64,000 nt of DNA, from NCBI GenBank assembly GCA_913062525.1, contig CAJXWA010000001.1:2281-66280 (forward strand). The letters run 5' to 3'. The translations under genes and the position numbers were made by a program. This document shows positions 1-9,324 of this stretch, piece by piece. The first letter of the stretch is position 1. Each line of letters begins with the position of its first letter. Below the pieces are notes generated by a model, which did not search any database, was not told the DNA's origin, and saw only the letters and a program-made list of their open reading frames with translations. Origin of the DNA: an uncultured Alphaproteobacteria bacterium. GTDB taxonomy: Bacteria > Pseudomonadota > Alphaproteobacteria > Sneathiellales > Sneathiellaceae.

Positions 1-368
1 CCAGCGTCATTTGCCTAAAACGATATGTTAAACGGAACAAACGGCCTGCGTTCACCCGATTTAATTTATTTTTGCGAGACGGCTTCATTTGTCAATATTG
101 CGGATCCGGCGAAGAATTAACCTTTGATCATGTCCTGCCACGCAGGCTTGGCGGTATGACCACTTGGGAAAATATTACAACTGCTTGCGCACCTTGCAAT
201 ATGGCCAAAGGTGGTCGCTTAACCCGAGATGCAAGAATGTTTCCCCACACAAAACCTTTTGTTCCTACATTGCAAAACTTGAATGAAAATGGGCGTTTAT
301 TCCCCCCCAATTACCTTCATGAAAGCTGGCGTGATTTTTTATATTGGGATGCGGAATTGCTGGACTAA
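1..368 (+). CDS. HNH endonuclease (5' truncated by window edge)
   Basis: Frame is open from the window start (SVICLKRYVKRNKRPAFTRFNLFLRD...); CQYCG..TFDHVLP..GG...W.N....C..CN..K is the HNH/McrA motif. Confidence 0.9.
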   Translation, partial: SVICLKRYVKRNKRPAFTRFNLFLRDGFICQYCGSGEELTFDHVLPRRLGGMTTWENITTACAPCNMAKGGRLTRDARMFPHTKPFVPTLQNLNENGRLFPPNYLHESWRDFLYWDAELLD

Positions 369-464
369 AGTTCCGCGCTCTCCTCCCTTGCCTTTCGGTC
401 AGCCAGCAGGTAATACAGGGGCAGTTATTTTTTCTGGTTGTTTTCCTCAAATATGTGATTTGCA

Positions 465-1193
465 ATGAACTACGGACTAGGCCTTTCTGAAAAGAAAAAG
501 GCGCGTGAGCGTCGGACTCGGGTTGTTAAATTTTTGTTCTACATTCTTCTGCTGGGTGCTGCGGGCGCTTACGGATATTTCGAAGGACAATCTGAAGGCG
601 ACCACCGCTATGAAACATCACAAGATCAACGCGATATTTTAGCAAAAGACGTCACTCAACTTAAGGAAAAAACGCGCGCTGCTATGGATAAGCAAAGCGC
701 CGCTTTGACAGAAGCGCGGGCTTGGCGTGATAAGTTTGAAAATGAAATCCCCAAAGGGGAAGTTCTAGAAATTCTTGACCTGGTTCGCGCTCGAATGGAC
801 GATGGACTTGATGCTATTCGCTTGAAAAACCTGATCTCGTTAGCTCAGAACACAAAAAATTGCGACGTTAAGCCAGAAACGAAACGCTTTATCATTAACA
901 CACCGATCTTTACTCAAATCGAAAATTCCATCAGCCTTGCTGGCGGAACAGTGACAGTGAAGGGCGATGGTGCGTCCAGCGTTAATTCTGAAGATAAACC
1001 TGAAGCTTGGTACGACCCGGAAAAGCCAGTTACAATTAAGTTCACAAAACTTGGTGGCGCCAACGAAATTATCACTGGCAACCTTCCGATTCACAAAAGC
1101 ATTGTGTTTGGGTTAGATGAATTTCGGTTCAGCATTCTAAAAGGCAAACAAAGCTTTGCCTCTATTTCAGTTACGCGCTGCGATTTTCCTTAA
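465..1193 (+). CDS. Hypothetical membrane-anchored protein (N-terminal TM helix, coiled coil, beta-rich C-terminus)
   Basis: 242-aa ORF; basic N-terminus followed by hydrophobic FLFYILLLGAAGAYGYF. Confidence 0.75.
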   Translation: MNYGLGLSEKKKARERRTRVVKFLFYILLLGAAGAYGYFEGQSEGDHRYETSQDQRDILAKDVTQLKEKTRAAMDKQSAALTEARAWRDKFENEIPKGEVLEILDLVRARMDDGLDAIRLKNLISLAQNTKNCDVKPETKRFIINTPIFTQIENSISLAGGTVTVKGDGASSVNSEDKPEAWYDPEKPVTIKFTKLGGANEIITGNLPIHKSIVFGLDEFRFSILKGKQSFASISVTRCDFP

Positions 1194-1206
1194 AAGAAAT
1201 CGCAGT

Positions 1207-1785
1207 CTAAATTCTAGAAGATAACCAAATTGCCAGCTTTGAGCCCGTTTTTACAGCTGATGTTAGCAGCTCATAACCCGGCGCATCAGCGGCACCATTT
1301 GCCCGCGCAATATCCCGGTGTTCGATCTCTTCATCTCTGAATTTCTGGATCGTTTCTTTCAGCTCGCTTTCGTCATCACCGAGCTGTTGCAATTGATGTT
1401 GGTAATGCTCATCAATAACCTCCTCAACAGCCTCAGTGCAAGCCATGGCAGCCTCTTTGCCAAGCAGGGCAGTTCCAGCGCCAAGAGCAAAGCCAGCGAC
1501 GCTCCATAAAGGAGACAGAAGAGTTGGTCTCACACGGCGCTCAGCCAAAAGCTCTTCAAACTTTGCTCGGTGAACCTCTTCTTGTTCCTTCATGTGTTTT
1601 ATGGTGTCAGCCTGATCTGAATTTTTGAGAACAGCATATTGTCCTTCATAAATACGAACGGCACCAAATTCGCCAGCATGATCTACTCGGATAATTCGCT
1701 CGAGAAGTTGCTTGCGCGTCAAATCACCGGGTAGGCGCCCGTCACCTGTTTTTCTGACACCAAATTTTGAATTACCGGTACTCAT
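1207..1785 (-). CDS. coq7: Demethoxyubiquinone hydroxylase (Coq7 di-iron family)
   Basis: IRVDHAGEFGAVRIYEGQ, EEVH, AVEEVIDEHY and DEEIEH di-iron motifs. Confidence 0.93.
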   Translation of the reverse strand: MSTGNSKFGVRKTGDGRLPGDLTRKQLLERIIRVDHAGEFGAVRIYEGQYAVLKNSDQADTIKHMKEQEEVHRAKFEELLAERRVRPTLLSPLWSVAGFALGAGTALLGKEAAMACTEAVEEVIDEHYQHQLQQLGDDESELKETIQKFRDEEIEHRDIARANGAADAPGYELLTSAVKTGSKLAIWLSSRI

Positions 1786-1804
1786 AGAATTTCCATTCAA
1801 TTCT

Positions 1805-2314
1805 CTATTTAGCTTCGGTCAAATTTTGCCACATCGCTGCGATCATAAAAATGACCATAACCGCGGCAAACAGAAAATTATAGCCCGCCATTGAAATCCC
1901 AAACAGCTCCCAAGCGACTTCATTACATTTCACAAGTGGTGCTGACATGATCTGGGCACGCAAATCCTGTAGCGACAATGATGCCGACGTATCCGCACTG
2001 CATTCAGCACTGCCCAACCACCAACCTTTTTCAACACCTACGTGATATGCGCCGACACCAGACGTGACCGCAAAGGCAATAGCCGCGGCGCCTTGGAAAT
2101 AGATACGCGACAGGCTATTTCTAAATATAAGCGCCAAAATGACAATGGCAATTACAGCAGCATAAGGCCACCGCTGGTACACGCATAAAACGCACGGTTT
2201 CAAAAGAAATCCGTATTCAGCGACAAAGACCGTTCCAAGCGTCCCTATGCTAGCAAACAGCGCGATCCACAAGGAATGTTTAAATAGATATGACACGAAA
2301 GCCCCTTCTTTCAT
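1805..2314 (-). CDS. Disulfide bond formation protein B family
   Basis: PCVLCVYQRWPY motif, YHVGVE, C-terminal LFGISMAGYN, four TM segments. Confidence 0.9.
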   Translation of the reverse strand: MKEGAFVSYLFKHSLWIALFASIGTLGTVFVAEYGFLLKPCVLCVYQRWPYAAVIAIVILALIFRNSLSRIYFQGAAAIAFAVTSGVGAYHVGVEKGWWLGSAECSADTSASLSLQDLRAQIMSAPLVKCNEVAWELFGISMAGYNFLFAAVMVIFMIAAMWQNLTEAK

Positions 2315-2319
2315 CTTTC

Positions 2320-2901
2320 TTAGAAAACATACTTAAGAACGATGAAGCCACCGAACAACAACACAAAAAATAAGATCGTCAAAATACCCAAGTATTTTTC
2401 AATAAATTCTCGGATAGGCTCTCCGAATTTTTTCAAAAGCCAAGCGACTAAGAAAAAACGAGCACTTCGGGACAGAACGGACGCAACCATAAAGACTGCT
2501 AAATTCAACTTAACTGCACCGCTCGCAATTGTAATTACTTTGTAGGGAAAGGGGGTCAGTCCAAAAAATGCGACAATCCACCCCCCCCATTCTTCATAAC
2601 TATCACTAAAGCTCAGAAATTTCTGCTCGTATCCATAAAAGCCGATAATTGCGTCCCCAACCAGCTCGTAAAAATACAACCCAATAAAATAACCCAACAC
2701 ACCACCTAAAACCGAAAACAGGCTACAGATGAATGCAAGGCGCCACGCAGCCGCACGATTTGCCAACACCATAGGGATCAGCATGACGTCGGGTGGAATT
2801 GGGAAAAGCGAGCTTTCAACGAAGGAAACTGCCGCCAAAAACGTCTTCGCCCTAGGGGCTGCCGCGAGGCGCATTGTGAAATCATAAAGTTTTCTGAGCA
2901 T
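2320..2901 (-). CDS. YqaA/DedA family membrane protein
   Basis: SFVESSLFPIPPDVMLIPM and GLTPFPYKVITIASG motifs. Confidence 0.9.
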   Translation of the reverse strand: MLRKLYDFTMRLAAAPRAKTFLAAVSFVESSLFPIPPDVMLIPMVLANRAAAWRLAFICSLFSVLGGVLGYFIGLYFYELVGDAIIGFYGYEQKFLSFSDSYEEWGGWIVAFFGLTPFPYKVITIASGAVKLNLAVFMVASVLSRSARFFLVAWLLKKFGEPIREFIEKYLGILTILFFVLLFGGFIVLKYVF

Positions 2902-3148
2902 AGGATAAAGCGACCACACAGTTGAAAGATGCCGTAACTTAAAATATCAGGCGAACATGCCGCAAGAGTATATTCCATTGCGTGTAAAAAAATGTTCCAA
3001 AGGGCGTCTCAAGGATGTAGAAGGAAAAGTGAAATATATTTACTTTACGCACACTATTGATTTTGTAACTTTTTTATTACAGGATGCCTAAATGAAGGTT
3101 AGTATGTTCCCTAGGAGCAACCTTTCAACGAAGGCGAGCTGACAACAT

Positions 3149-3859
3149 ATGTATAAAATTCTAATTGTAGATGATGAATACGAACTCCGTCAGGTCTTGC
3201 GCGAAACGTTAGAGCGCGAGAACTACGAAGTTGGTGAAGCTGGAGACGCCGAAGAAATGCGGCGTGTGTTTGATTCCGGTGATTTTGATCTGGTTTTGCT
3301 TGATTTAATGCTGCCCGACGAAGATGGACTGACGCTTACTCGCTATCTAAAAGAACGATCTGATGTGGGCGTTATTATCTTAACCGGCAAGGGAGAGAGC
3401 GTTGATCTAATTATTGGCCTTGAAATGGGTGCTGATGATTATGTCGCCAAACCCTATAATCGCCGGGAACTCCTTGCCCGCATAAAAAGTGTTCTCAGAC
3501 GCAGCGGTCGAAGTGCCGATAAGGCAGCTAAGAATAACGATCCAAAAACCTGCATTCAATTCTCCGGCTGGGAACTTGATTTACCGCACCATAAACTGGC
3601 GGCACCAGATGGCTCTAACGTCCCCCTAACAATGGCAGAGTTCCAATTGCTTCGTGTCTTGCTTGAAGCGCCAGGGCAGCCTGTTGATCGCGATCAACTC
3701 AGTGTTAAAATCTTTAACAAAGAGCTGCGCGAAAACAGCCGCAATATTGATGCACTAGTCAGAAGGCTTCGGCAGAAACTGGAAGGCGACGTTAATCACG
3801 CACAGATGATTAAATCAGTTCGTGGGTCCGGGTATACCATCTTGACCACCTTAGATTAA
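3149..3859 (+). CDS. OmpR-family response regulator (no adjacent kinase)
   Basis: Receiver domain (LIVDDE, LLDLMLPDEDG, GADDYVAKP) plus winged helix (IKSVRGSGY). Confidence 0.93.
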   Translation: MYKILIVDDEYELRQVLRETLERENYEVGEAGDAEEMRRVFDSGDFDLVLLDLMLPDEDGLTLTRYLKERSDVGVIILTGKGESVDLIIGLEMGADDYVAKPYNRRELLARIKSVLRRSGRSADKAAKNNDPKTCIQFSGWELDLPHHKLAAPDGSNVPLTMAEFQLLRVLLEAPGQPVDRDQLSVKIFNKELRENSRNIDALVRRLRQKLEGDVNHAQMIKSVRGSGYTILTTLD

Positions 3860-3898
3860 TCACCTCTCAGGTTTTTTTCAAAAAGCAGAACCTACCTG

Positions 3899-3926
3899 TT
3901 GACCGGAGTAAATTCATCGCTATAGT
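3899..3926 (+). promoter_or_regulatory. Sigma70-type promoter of tRNA-Leu
   Basis: TTGACC-N16-TATAGT, 20 bp upstream of the tRNA. Confidence 0.65.
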
Positions 3927-3946
3927 GCCCCTACTTCCACGGACTA

Positions 3947-4032
3947 GCCCCTGTGGCGGAATCGGTAGACGCGACAGATTCAAAATCTGTTGTCCATAGG
4001 GCGTGCCTGTTCGAGTCAGGCCAGGGGCACCA
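3947..4032 (+). tRNA. tRNA-Leu (anticodon CAA)
   Basis: Acceptor stem GCCCCTG/CAGGGGC-A-CCA, D loop GGTAG, anticodon stem ACAGA/TCTGT with loop TTCAAAA, long variable arm, TTCGA T loop. Confidence 0.97.
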
Positions 4033-4035
4033 TCT

Positions 4036-4070
4036 AAATCAAAGACTTAAAGCGTCTTTGATTTTATTTT
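4036..4070 (+). terminator. Intrinsic terminator after tRNA-Leu
   Basis: AAATCAAAGAC-N7-GTCTTTGATTT stem followed by a T-rich tract. Confidence 0.65.
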
Positions 4071-4432
4071 CTTACTCATTGCTTTCTAGTAAACACATAG
4101 TAAGAACCATAAATTTCATCCTCTCTTTATTTGCGCTCTTATAACCTACCCCACTTAGCCTTTGCCTCGCTTTTCAGTAGTGTTATGCATCGGAATTTGA
4201 TGGATTACGGTACAAACGTTTTTTTAGCTAACGCAGAAAATGTACATGAAGGCAAAAAAGAAATTGAAAATGGCTCATAGCTGTTTCTGCCACCCCAATT
4301 AATATTATACGAATGTGCCTGCAAAATATTTACCTATTGGGAGTAAAATTCGAAAGTAGGATTATTCATGCTCAATAGTGATATAATAAAAACCTTTATA
4401 CTCGTGTTCATATGAAATTGCAGGAAGCCTAA

Positions 4433-4843
4433 ATGACGCATGAGCTACATTTTGACCAAAATGCTGGCGTAATTTTTCTCCATTATGGCGAGCAGCTGGA
4501 TAAGAACATCATTTTTTCTGCCGTAAAAGATATAAATGCATTGCCTGGATTGTGGCCTAACATTCCGGTGATTGTAGATTTTCGCGATTGCGTCAATATT
4601 GACCTGAGTAGTGATGATACACGCGATATTGCCAATTATATGGCCCTTCACAAAACAAACCGCGGTAAAATCCGCATTGCCCAACTTGTATCAACAAAAC
4701 TAATGTATGGGGTTTCACGTATGACAGCTCCCACAATGGCTGAAGATGTAGGCCAGATCAGGACTTTTGAGGACGTCGCTCTCGCCTTGGAATGGATCGG
4801 TTTGCCTACAGATTACAAACTGCCGTTCATTTCGACTTTTTAA
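4433..4843 (+). CDS. Hypothetical protein, STAS/SpoIIAA-like fold likely
   Basis: VIVDFRD, RIAQLV...YGVSRM and FEDVALALEWI pattern; AGGA RBS. Confidence 0.65.
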   Translation: MTHELHFDQNAGVIFLHYGEQLDKNIIFSAVKDINALPGLWPNIPVIVDFRDCVNIDLSSDDTRDIANYMALHKTNRGKIRIAQLVSTKLMYGVSRMTAPTMAEDVGQIRTFEDVALALEWIGLPTDYKLPFISTF

Positions 4844-5078
4844 CGGTTACGATGAGTCAAAACACTGTTTTATGCGATTCCATGATATAGGCTACAAGTC
4901 CTCATGAGCAAAAAATCTCAGCCGTTGAGGGCCGACCCCCAAATAAAATGCCAAAACTGAAATAATGAAAATTTGGAGCCTGAAGCCGAACTTTATTCAG
5001 ACAAGTTCATTAGGCTTCAAATTTGTAAATGCGCCAACGGCAAATACATATTGAAGCCTAATTCACAATTACGACCGG

Positions 5079-5474
5079 CTAAACTGGTGTAAATGTCGGC
5101 ACTTGAAATTCACTATCAACTGTCTTTGAAAACTTCAATTGAACCGCCTGTCCAACACTTAAATCATCAAGATTACAGTCAATGATGTTTGTCATCATGG
5201 AAATATCCGTGCCCTCCAAAGTTACATATGCAAGGGCATAAGGAATCTTGGCGCGCCGCATAACACTATAGGAATAGATGGTGCCTTTTCCCGATGCCTG
5301 CTCGAAATAAGTATCATCACTTCCGCAATGCGGGCAGATAGTTCGAGGATAGTAATGCGCACTTTCGCAAGATTTACAATGGCGCACCAACAAGATGCCC
5401 TCACGCGTTGCGTTCCAGAATTCTTCTGTTTCCGGATCCACCGTCGGTGCGGGAAATAAGGTTTGTTCAGTCAT
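5079..5474 (-). CDS. DUF35 Zn-ribbon/OB-fold protein (thiolase partner)
   Basis: CKSC...YPRTICPHC, GKGTIYSYSV, PYALAYVTL. Confidence 0.92.
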   Translation of the reverse strand: MTEQTLFPAPTVDPETEEFWNATREGILLVRHCKSCESAHYYPRTICPHCGSDDTYFEQASGKGTIYSYSVMRRAKIPYALAYVTLEGTDISMMTNIIDCNLDDLSVGQAVQLKFSKTVDSEFQVPTFTPV

Positions 5475-5477
5475 AAT

Positions 5478-6647
5478 TTATTCCCTTTCCAGAATAAGAG
5501 TTGCGCTGCCATGACGCGTACCGAGAGAGCCACCAGTTCCTTGAGCAACAGCCAAGTCACAATTTGGCACTTGAACGGCTGGATGCGCTTCACCACGCAA
5601 TTGTCGAACGGCTTCAATGACCTTGGTCATGCCGCCGCGATTAGATGGATGGTTATTGCACAGTCCGCCGCCATCGGTATTAAACGGTAACTTACCAACG
5701 CCAGAAATCAAATTCCCATCAGCCACAAACTTACCGCCGTCTCCTTTGGCACAGAAGCCAAGATCTTCCAACTGCATGAGAACTGTAATTGTAAAGCTGT
5801 CATAGATTGAGGCGTATTTGATATCAGCTGGTTTAACACCTGCTTCGGCAAAAGCAATTGGGCCCGTCACAGCAGCACCCGAATAGGTCAAATCAATGCG
5901 GCCACCCATTTGATGCTTGGGGGCTTCGCCTGCGCCTTTAATCTTCACTAGCGGGCGGTTCAGAGTTTTAGCAATTTCTGGCGCCACAACAACCAAGGCA
6001 CCACCCCCATCACTAATGACACAGCAATCGAGCCGGTGCAGTGGATCTGAAATCATCGGTGAATTCACCACATCTTCAACAGTCACCACATCCCGCAGCA
6101 TAGCGCGTTCATTATGCTGCGCATGATGGGAGGCCGCCACTTTAATCCAGGCGAGCTGTTCGCTAGTTGTGCCAAATTCATGCATGTGGCGCATGGCACA
6201 CATGGCATACATATTGGCGACTACGGGTGAAAATGGGAATTCAAACGGAACATCAGGAGCATTGGCACCGTAATTTCTAGGCGCTGTCCCTGTAGCCATG
6301 CCTTCTGCCCGCGGACGTCCGGCAAGCGTAATGAGAGCGACTTTACACTTTCCAAGCGCGATGGCTTCGGCCGCATGGGCCACATGGATCAAATACGAAG
6401 ATCCGCCTGTTTCAGTGCTATCCACGTGGCGTAGATTAAGGCCCATATAATCTGCAAGAGACAAAGGCCCAAGCCCTGGGGCATCGCCCGCACAGAAATA
6501 GCCGTCTACATCATCTTTGGTGAGGCCCGCATCTTCCAATGCACCTTTTGCACATTCTGCATGCAACTGGGCCAGTGATTTATCGATCGCCTTTCGTGTG
6601 GGATGCTCAAAAGCACCCGCAATATAGGCTTTGCCATTAATTGACAT
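5478..6647 (-). CDS. Thiolase-like protein (SCP2/Ltp2 type)
   Basis: DCCVISDGGGA, IYDSFTITV, NTDGGGL, EAVRQLRGEA..QV. Confidence 0.9.
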   Translation of the reverse strand: MSINGKAYIAGAFEHPTRKAIDKSLAQLHAECAKGALEDAGLTKDDVDGYFCAGDAPGLGPLSLADYMGLNLRHVDSTETGGSSYLIHVAHAAEAIALGKCKVALITLAGRPRAEGMATGTAPRNYGANAPDVPFEFPFSPVVANMYAMCAMRHMHEFGTTSEQLAWIKVAASHHAQHNERAMLRDVVTVEDVVNSPMISDPLHRLDCCVISDGGGALVVVAPEIAKTLNRPLVKIKGAGEAPKHQMGGRIDLTYSGAAVTGPIAFAEAGVKPADIKYASIYDSFTITVLMQLEDLGFCAKGDGGKFVADGNLISGVGKLPFNTDGGGLCNNHPSNRGGMTKVIEAVRQLRGEAHPAVQVPNCDLAVAQGTGGSLGTRHGSATLILERE

Positions 6648-6721
6648 GAATATATATCCCTTCTTTTTATGATTTATTTTTCGCCGGGAGCAGCGTCGTT
6701 TAGATTCTCACGTTGGAATTC

Positions 6722-7147
6722 TTATTTTTTGTTTTTTGAATCCAAGCCAAAATCTGTTGTTGATGCTGCATTGCCGGAAGGTTTTTTCGCCCGCAACGCA
6801 TCTTCTACCGTCTCGCAGATCTCGCTCAACGTAAACGGTTTTGCAATCACATCGTGAATAAGATCTTCCAGATTATAGGCCCGTTGGCGCTCGGCAGCAT
6901 AGCCAGTCATCAGCAGGATTCTTAAATCTGGAAACTCTTTTGCAACTTTGAGGGAAAGCGCTATACCGTCCATGATCGGCATCACAATATCTGTTAATAG
7001 CAAATCAAAAACGTCGTCCGATTGCAGCTCATTCAAGGCTTCTGCCCCATCACGGACAGCAACAACTTCGTGCCCATGATGAACTAATGCCCGCTGAACA
7101 AATTCGCGCAACGAGGCTTCGTCTTCTGCAACTAAGATACGCGCCAT
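6722..7147 (-). CDS. cpdR: Single-domain response regulator, CpdR-like
   Basis: MARILVAEDE..LREFV.RAL, LLLTDIVMP.MDGIAL, LLMTGYA, KPFTL; next to hpt and ftsE. Confidence 0.75.
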   Translation of the reverse strand: MARILVAEDEASLREFVQRALVHHGHEVVAVRDGAEALNELQSDDVFDLLLTDIVMPIMDGIALSLKVAKEFPDLRILLMTGYAAERQRAYNLEDLIHDVIAKPFTLSEICETVEDALRAKKPSGNAASTTDFGLDSKNKK

Positions 7148-7164
7148 TCCCCCCCCTTAAGCCA

Positions 7165-7704
7165 CTACTCTTTTACGATGTGGCCAATGTACGGCAATTC
7201 TCTGTAATAATGAGCGTAATCCAGCCCATAACCGATCACAAACAAATCGGGACAATCGAAACCAACAAAATCAGCTTCGAAGTCAACGATCCGCTTGCCT
7301 TTTTTATCGAGCATCAGGCAGGTTTTAACCATTCCCGCGCCTCTGTCCAACAAGTCATTTGCCGCAAACTGCATGGTCCGGCCAGATTCAAGAATATCGT
7401 CAATCAACAAGACATTACGTCCCTTTACCGTGTCGACGATGTCTCTCGTAATGACGACTGTACCACTGCTGATTTCTTTATCTCCGTAGGAAGACAACGC
7501 CATAAAATCAATTTGTGGGCGTACATTGGCGTGATGCAATGCTCGAATAAGGTCAGCTGCAAAAACAAAGCTTCCTTTAAGAACTGCGATCACCAGAATA
7601 TCAGATCCCATATCCTGCGCGATTTGTTCCGCAAGATCAGCGTTACGCTTTTCAATATCAGCGCTGGAAAACAAGACTTCAATTTGTGGCACAGTTGGGG
7701 CCAT
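7165..7704 (-). CDS. hpt: Hypoxanthine phosphoribosyltransferase
   Basis: VLKGSFVFAADL, VLLIDDILESGRT (PRPP loop), FVIGYGLDY; GGAGA RBS before ATG 7704. Confidence 0.95.
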   Translation of the reverse strand: MAPTVPQIEVLFSSADIEKRNADLAEQIAQDMGSDILVIAVLKGSFVFAADLIRALHHANVRPQIDFMALSSYGDKEISSGTVVITRDIVDTVKGRNVLLIDDILESGRTMQFAANDLLDRGAGMVKTCLMLDKKGKRIVDFEADFVGFDCPDLFVIGYGLDYAHYYRELPYIGHIVKE

Positions 7705-7759
7705 ATTTTTTCTCCAATTCAAAATACCTACTCCGTAATTGGTAGGCACCTTTTACATA

Positions 7760-8500
7760 TTAATGTAGTTCTTTTTTCTCAGTTTTCTTCGGCGCAATCA
7801 AATGCGCCTTAACATGCTTTGCGTCTTCTGGCGGCTGGTTCATGCTTGATGAAAACGCTACAGATCCCCAGGGTTCAACATTTTCTGCGCCAGAGGATGT
7901 GCTCCAGCTATAAACATGTAGGCCTTTAGAATCCACCAATTGAATGGCTAACCTCGGTATAGGTTGCTGATGGCCGGTCACATTGACAATATTCCCTGTG
8001 ACCGTCAATCGAACAACACCATTTTCCAATACGGATTTGGTCGTCAGATTTTTAATCTCCAACCCCAGCGTATTCGCCGTTTTCACATCCAGTTTAACCA
8101 TCTGATACAACTTTGCGGTCGCCGGCCAGATTTGAACCAGATAATTTCGCCCATAGAAAGCACCTGCGCCAATCCCGCCTAGAATGATCAAAAACAGCAA
8201 CCAGCCAAACCAACTGCGTTTTTTCTTCTGGGTTCTAAGTTTTTTGTCAGTGCGCTTTTTCGCAGCACGGCTCATTTCCTCGATGCTCATGGCAGCGCCT
8301 TCAGGCACCTCTGCCGGAGCAGGCGTTGTATCGACAACAGGCTCAACAACAGGTTCTGCAATCTGTTTAGGTGAGTCTTCAGGAGGAAATTCACGCCATT
8401 TTTCGCCGCATTTGGCACATTTTACCATGCGTCCTTCGGCACCAACAGATGCAGAATCAATCGAATAACGTGTCGAACAAGATGGGCAAGTTAATATCAT
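7760..8500 (-). CDS. MJ0042-type zinc-ribbon / DUF3426 membrane protein
   Basis: MILTCPSCSTRY...VKCAKCGEKW, TM helix, periplasmic domain; divergent from ftsE. Confidence 0.85.
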   Translation of the reverse strand: MILTCPSCSTRYSIDSASVGAEGRMVKCAKCGEKWREFPPEDSPKQIAEPVVEPVVDTTPAPAEVPEGAAMSIEEMSRAAKKRTDKKLRTQKKKRSWFGWLLFLIILGGIGAGAFYGRNYLVQIWPATAKLYQMVKLDVKTANTLGLEIKNLTTKSVLENGVVRLTVTGNIVNVTGHQQPIPRLAIQLVDSKGLHVYSWSTSSGAENVEPWGSVAFSSSMNQPPEDAKHVKAHLIAPKKTEKKELH

Positions 8501-8619
8501 GGGTAGGAAACATTCAGTCCATGGTTAAGCGTTCATTTTTTATAAGTGTATGCTAGAACATGCACAAGACTAGGCAATAAATCTACTTTAGATTATCGTA
8601 TGCGTAAAGTTTTGGGGAG

Positions 8620-9324
8620 GTGTGCTTGGTTAGGTTTGAAAATGTCGGTATGCGGTACGGGATGGGACCAGAGGTTCTTCGCGATATTAATATGCATCTG
8701 GCGCCCGGCTCTTTTCACTTTCTAACAGGGCCTACAGGCGCTGGAAAAAGCTCTCTGCTTAAATTATTAGCGCTTTCTCATCGACCAAGTCGTGGGCTTT
8801 TGACGTTGTTCGGACAAGAAGTCAGCAGTCTCCAGCGAGAAGATTTGCCGTCTTATCGGCGAAAAATTGGTGTTGTCTTTCAGGAGTTCAGATTACTCAA
8901 TCATCTGTCTGCTTTGGATAATGTTGCCCTTCCATTGCGAATCATGGGGCTGGAAGAAGAACAAATTCTCACCAATGTTACTGAACTTTTAAACTGGGTT
9001 GAGCTTGGCGCACAAATGCAAGCGAAACCACCGACATTATCTGGCGGTGAAAAACAACGAGTTGCCATCGCTCGTGCGGTTATTAACCGACCACAGCTCC
9101 TTATTGCAGACGAGCCAACAGGCAGCATGGATCCTGAAATGGGATTACGTCTCATGCATCTGTTTCAGGAGTTAAATAAACTTGGAACAACTGTTGTCAT
9201 TGCAACACATGATATTGAACTTATTCGCCGCTTTCCCTGCCCCGTTATGTATTTGAAACAGGGAACGCTTCACCATACCGACGCCGATGAGTATCTGAAG
9301 CGACATCAACGGAGTGGCCTGTGA
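8620..9324 (+). CDS. ftsE: Cell division ATP-binding protein FtsE
   Basis: [33 protein letters not shown]. Confidence 0.95.
   Translation: MCLVRFENVGMRYGMGPEVLRDINMHLAPGSFHFLTGPTGAGKSSLLKLLALSHRPSRGLLTLFGQEVSSLQREDLPSYRRKIGVVFQEFRLLNHLSALDNVALPLRIMGLEEEQILTNVTELLNWVELGAQMQAKPPTLSGGEKQRVAIARAVINRPQLLIADEPTGSMDPEMGLRLMHLFQELNKLGTTVVIATHDIELIRRFPCPVMYLKQGTLHHTDADEYLKRHQRSGL

Noticed and set aside
1-368. HNH nuclease as a defence or homing element
   Set aside because: Looks like the common stand-alone alphaproteobacterial HNH protein; no methylase, intron or other defence gene is visible within the window.
3953-4144. 63-aa ORF
   Set aside because: Overlaps tRNA-Leu; spurious.
4186-4280. 31-codon ORF downstream of tRNA-Leu
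   Set aside because: No clear RBS or recognisable motif.
7087-7812. 241-aa + strand ORF
   Set aside because: Antisense to hpt and cpdR; no protein-like features.
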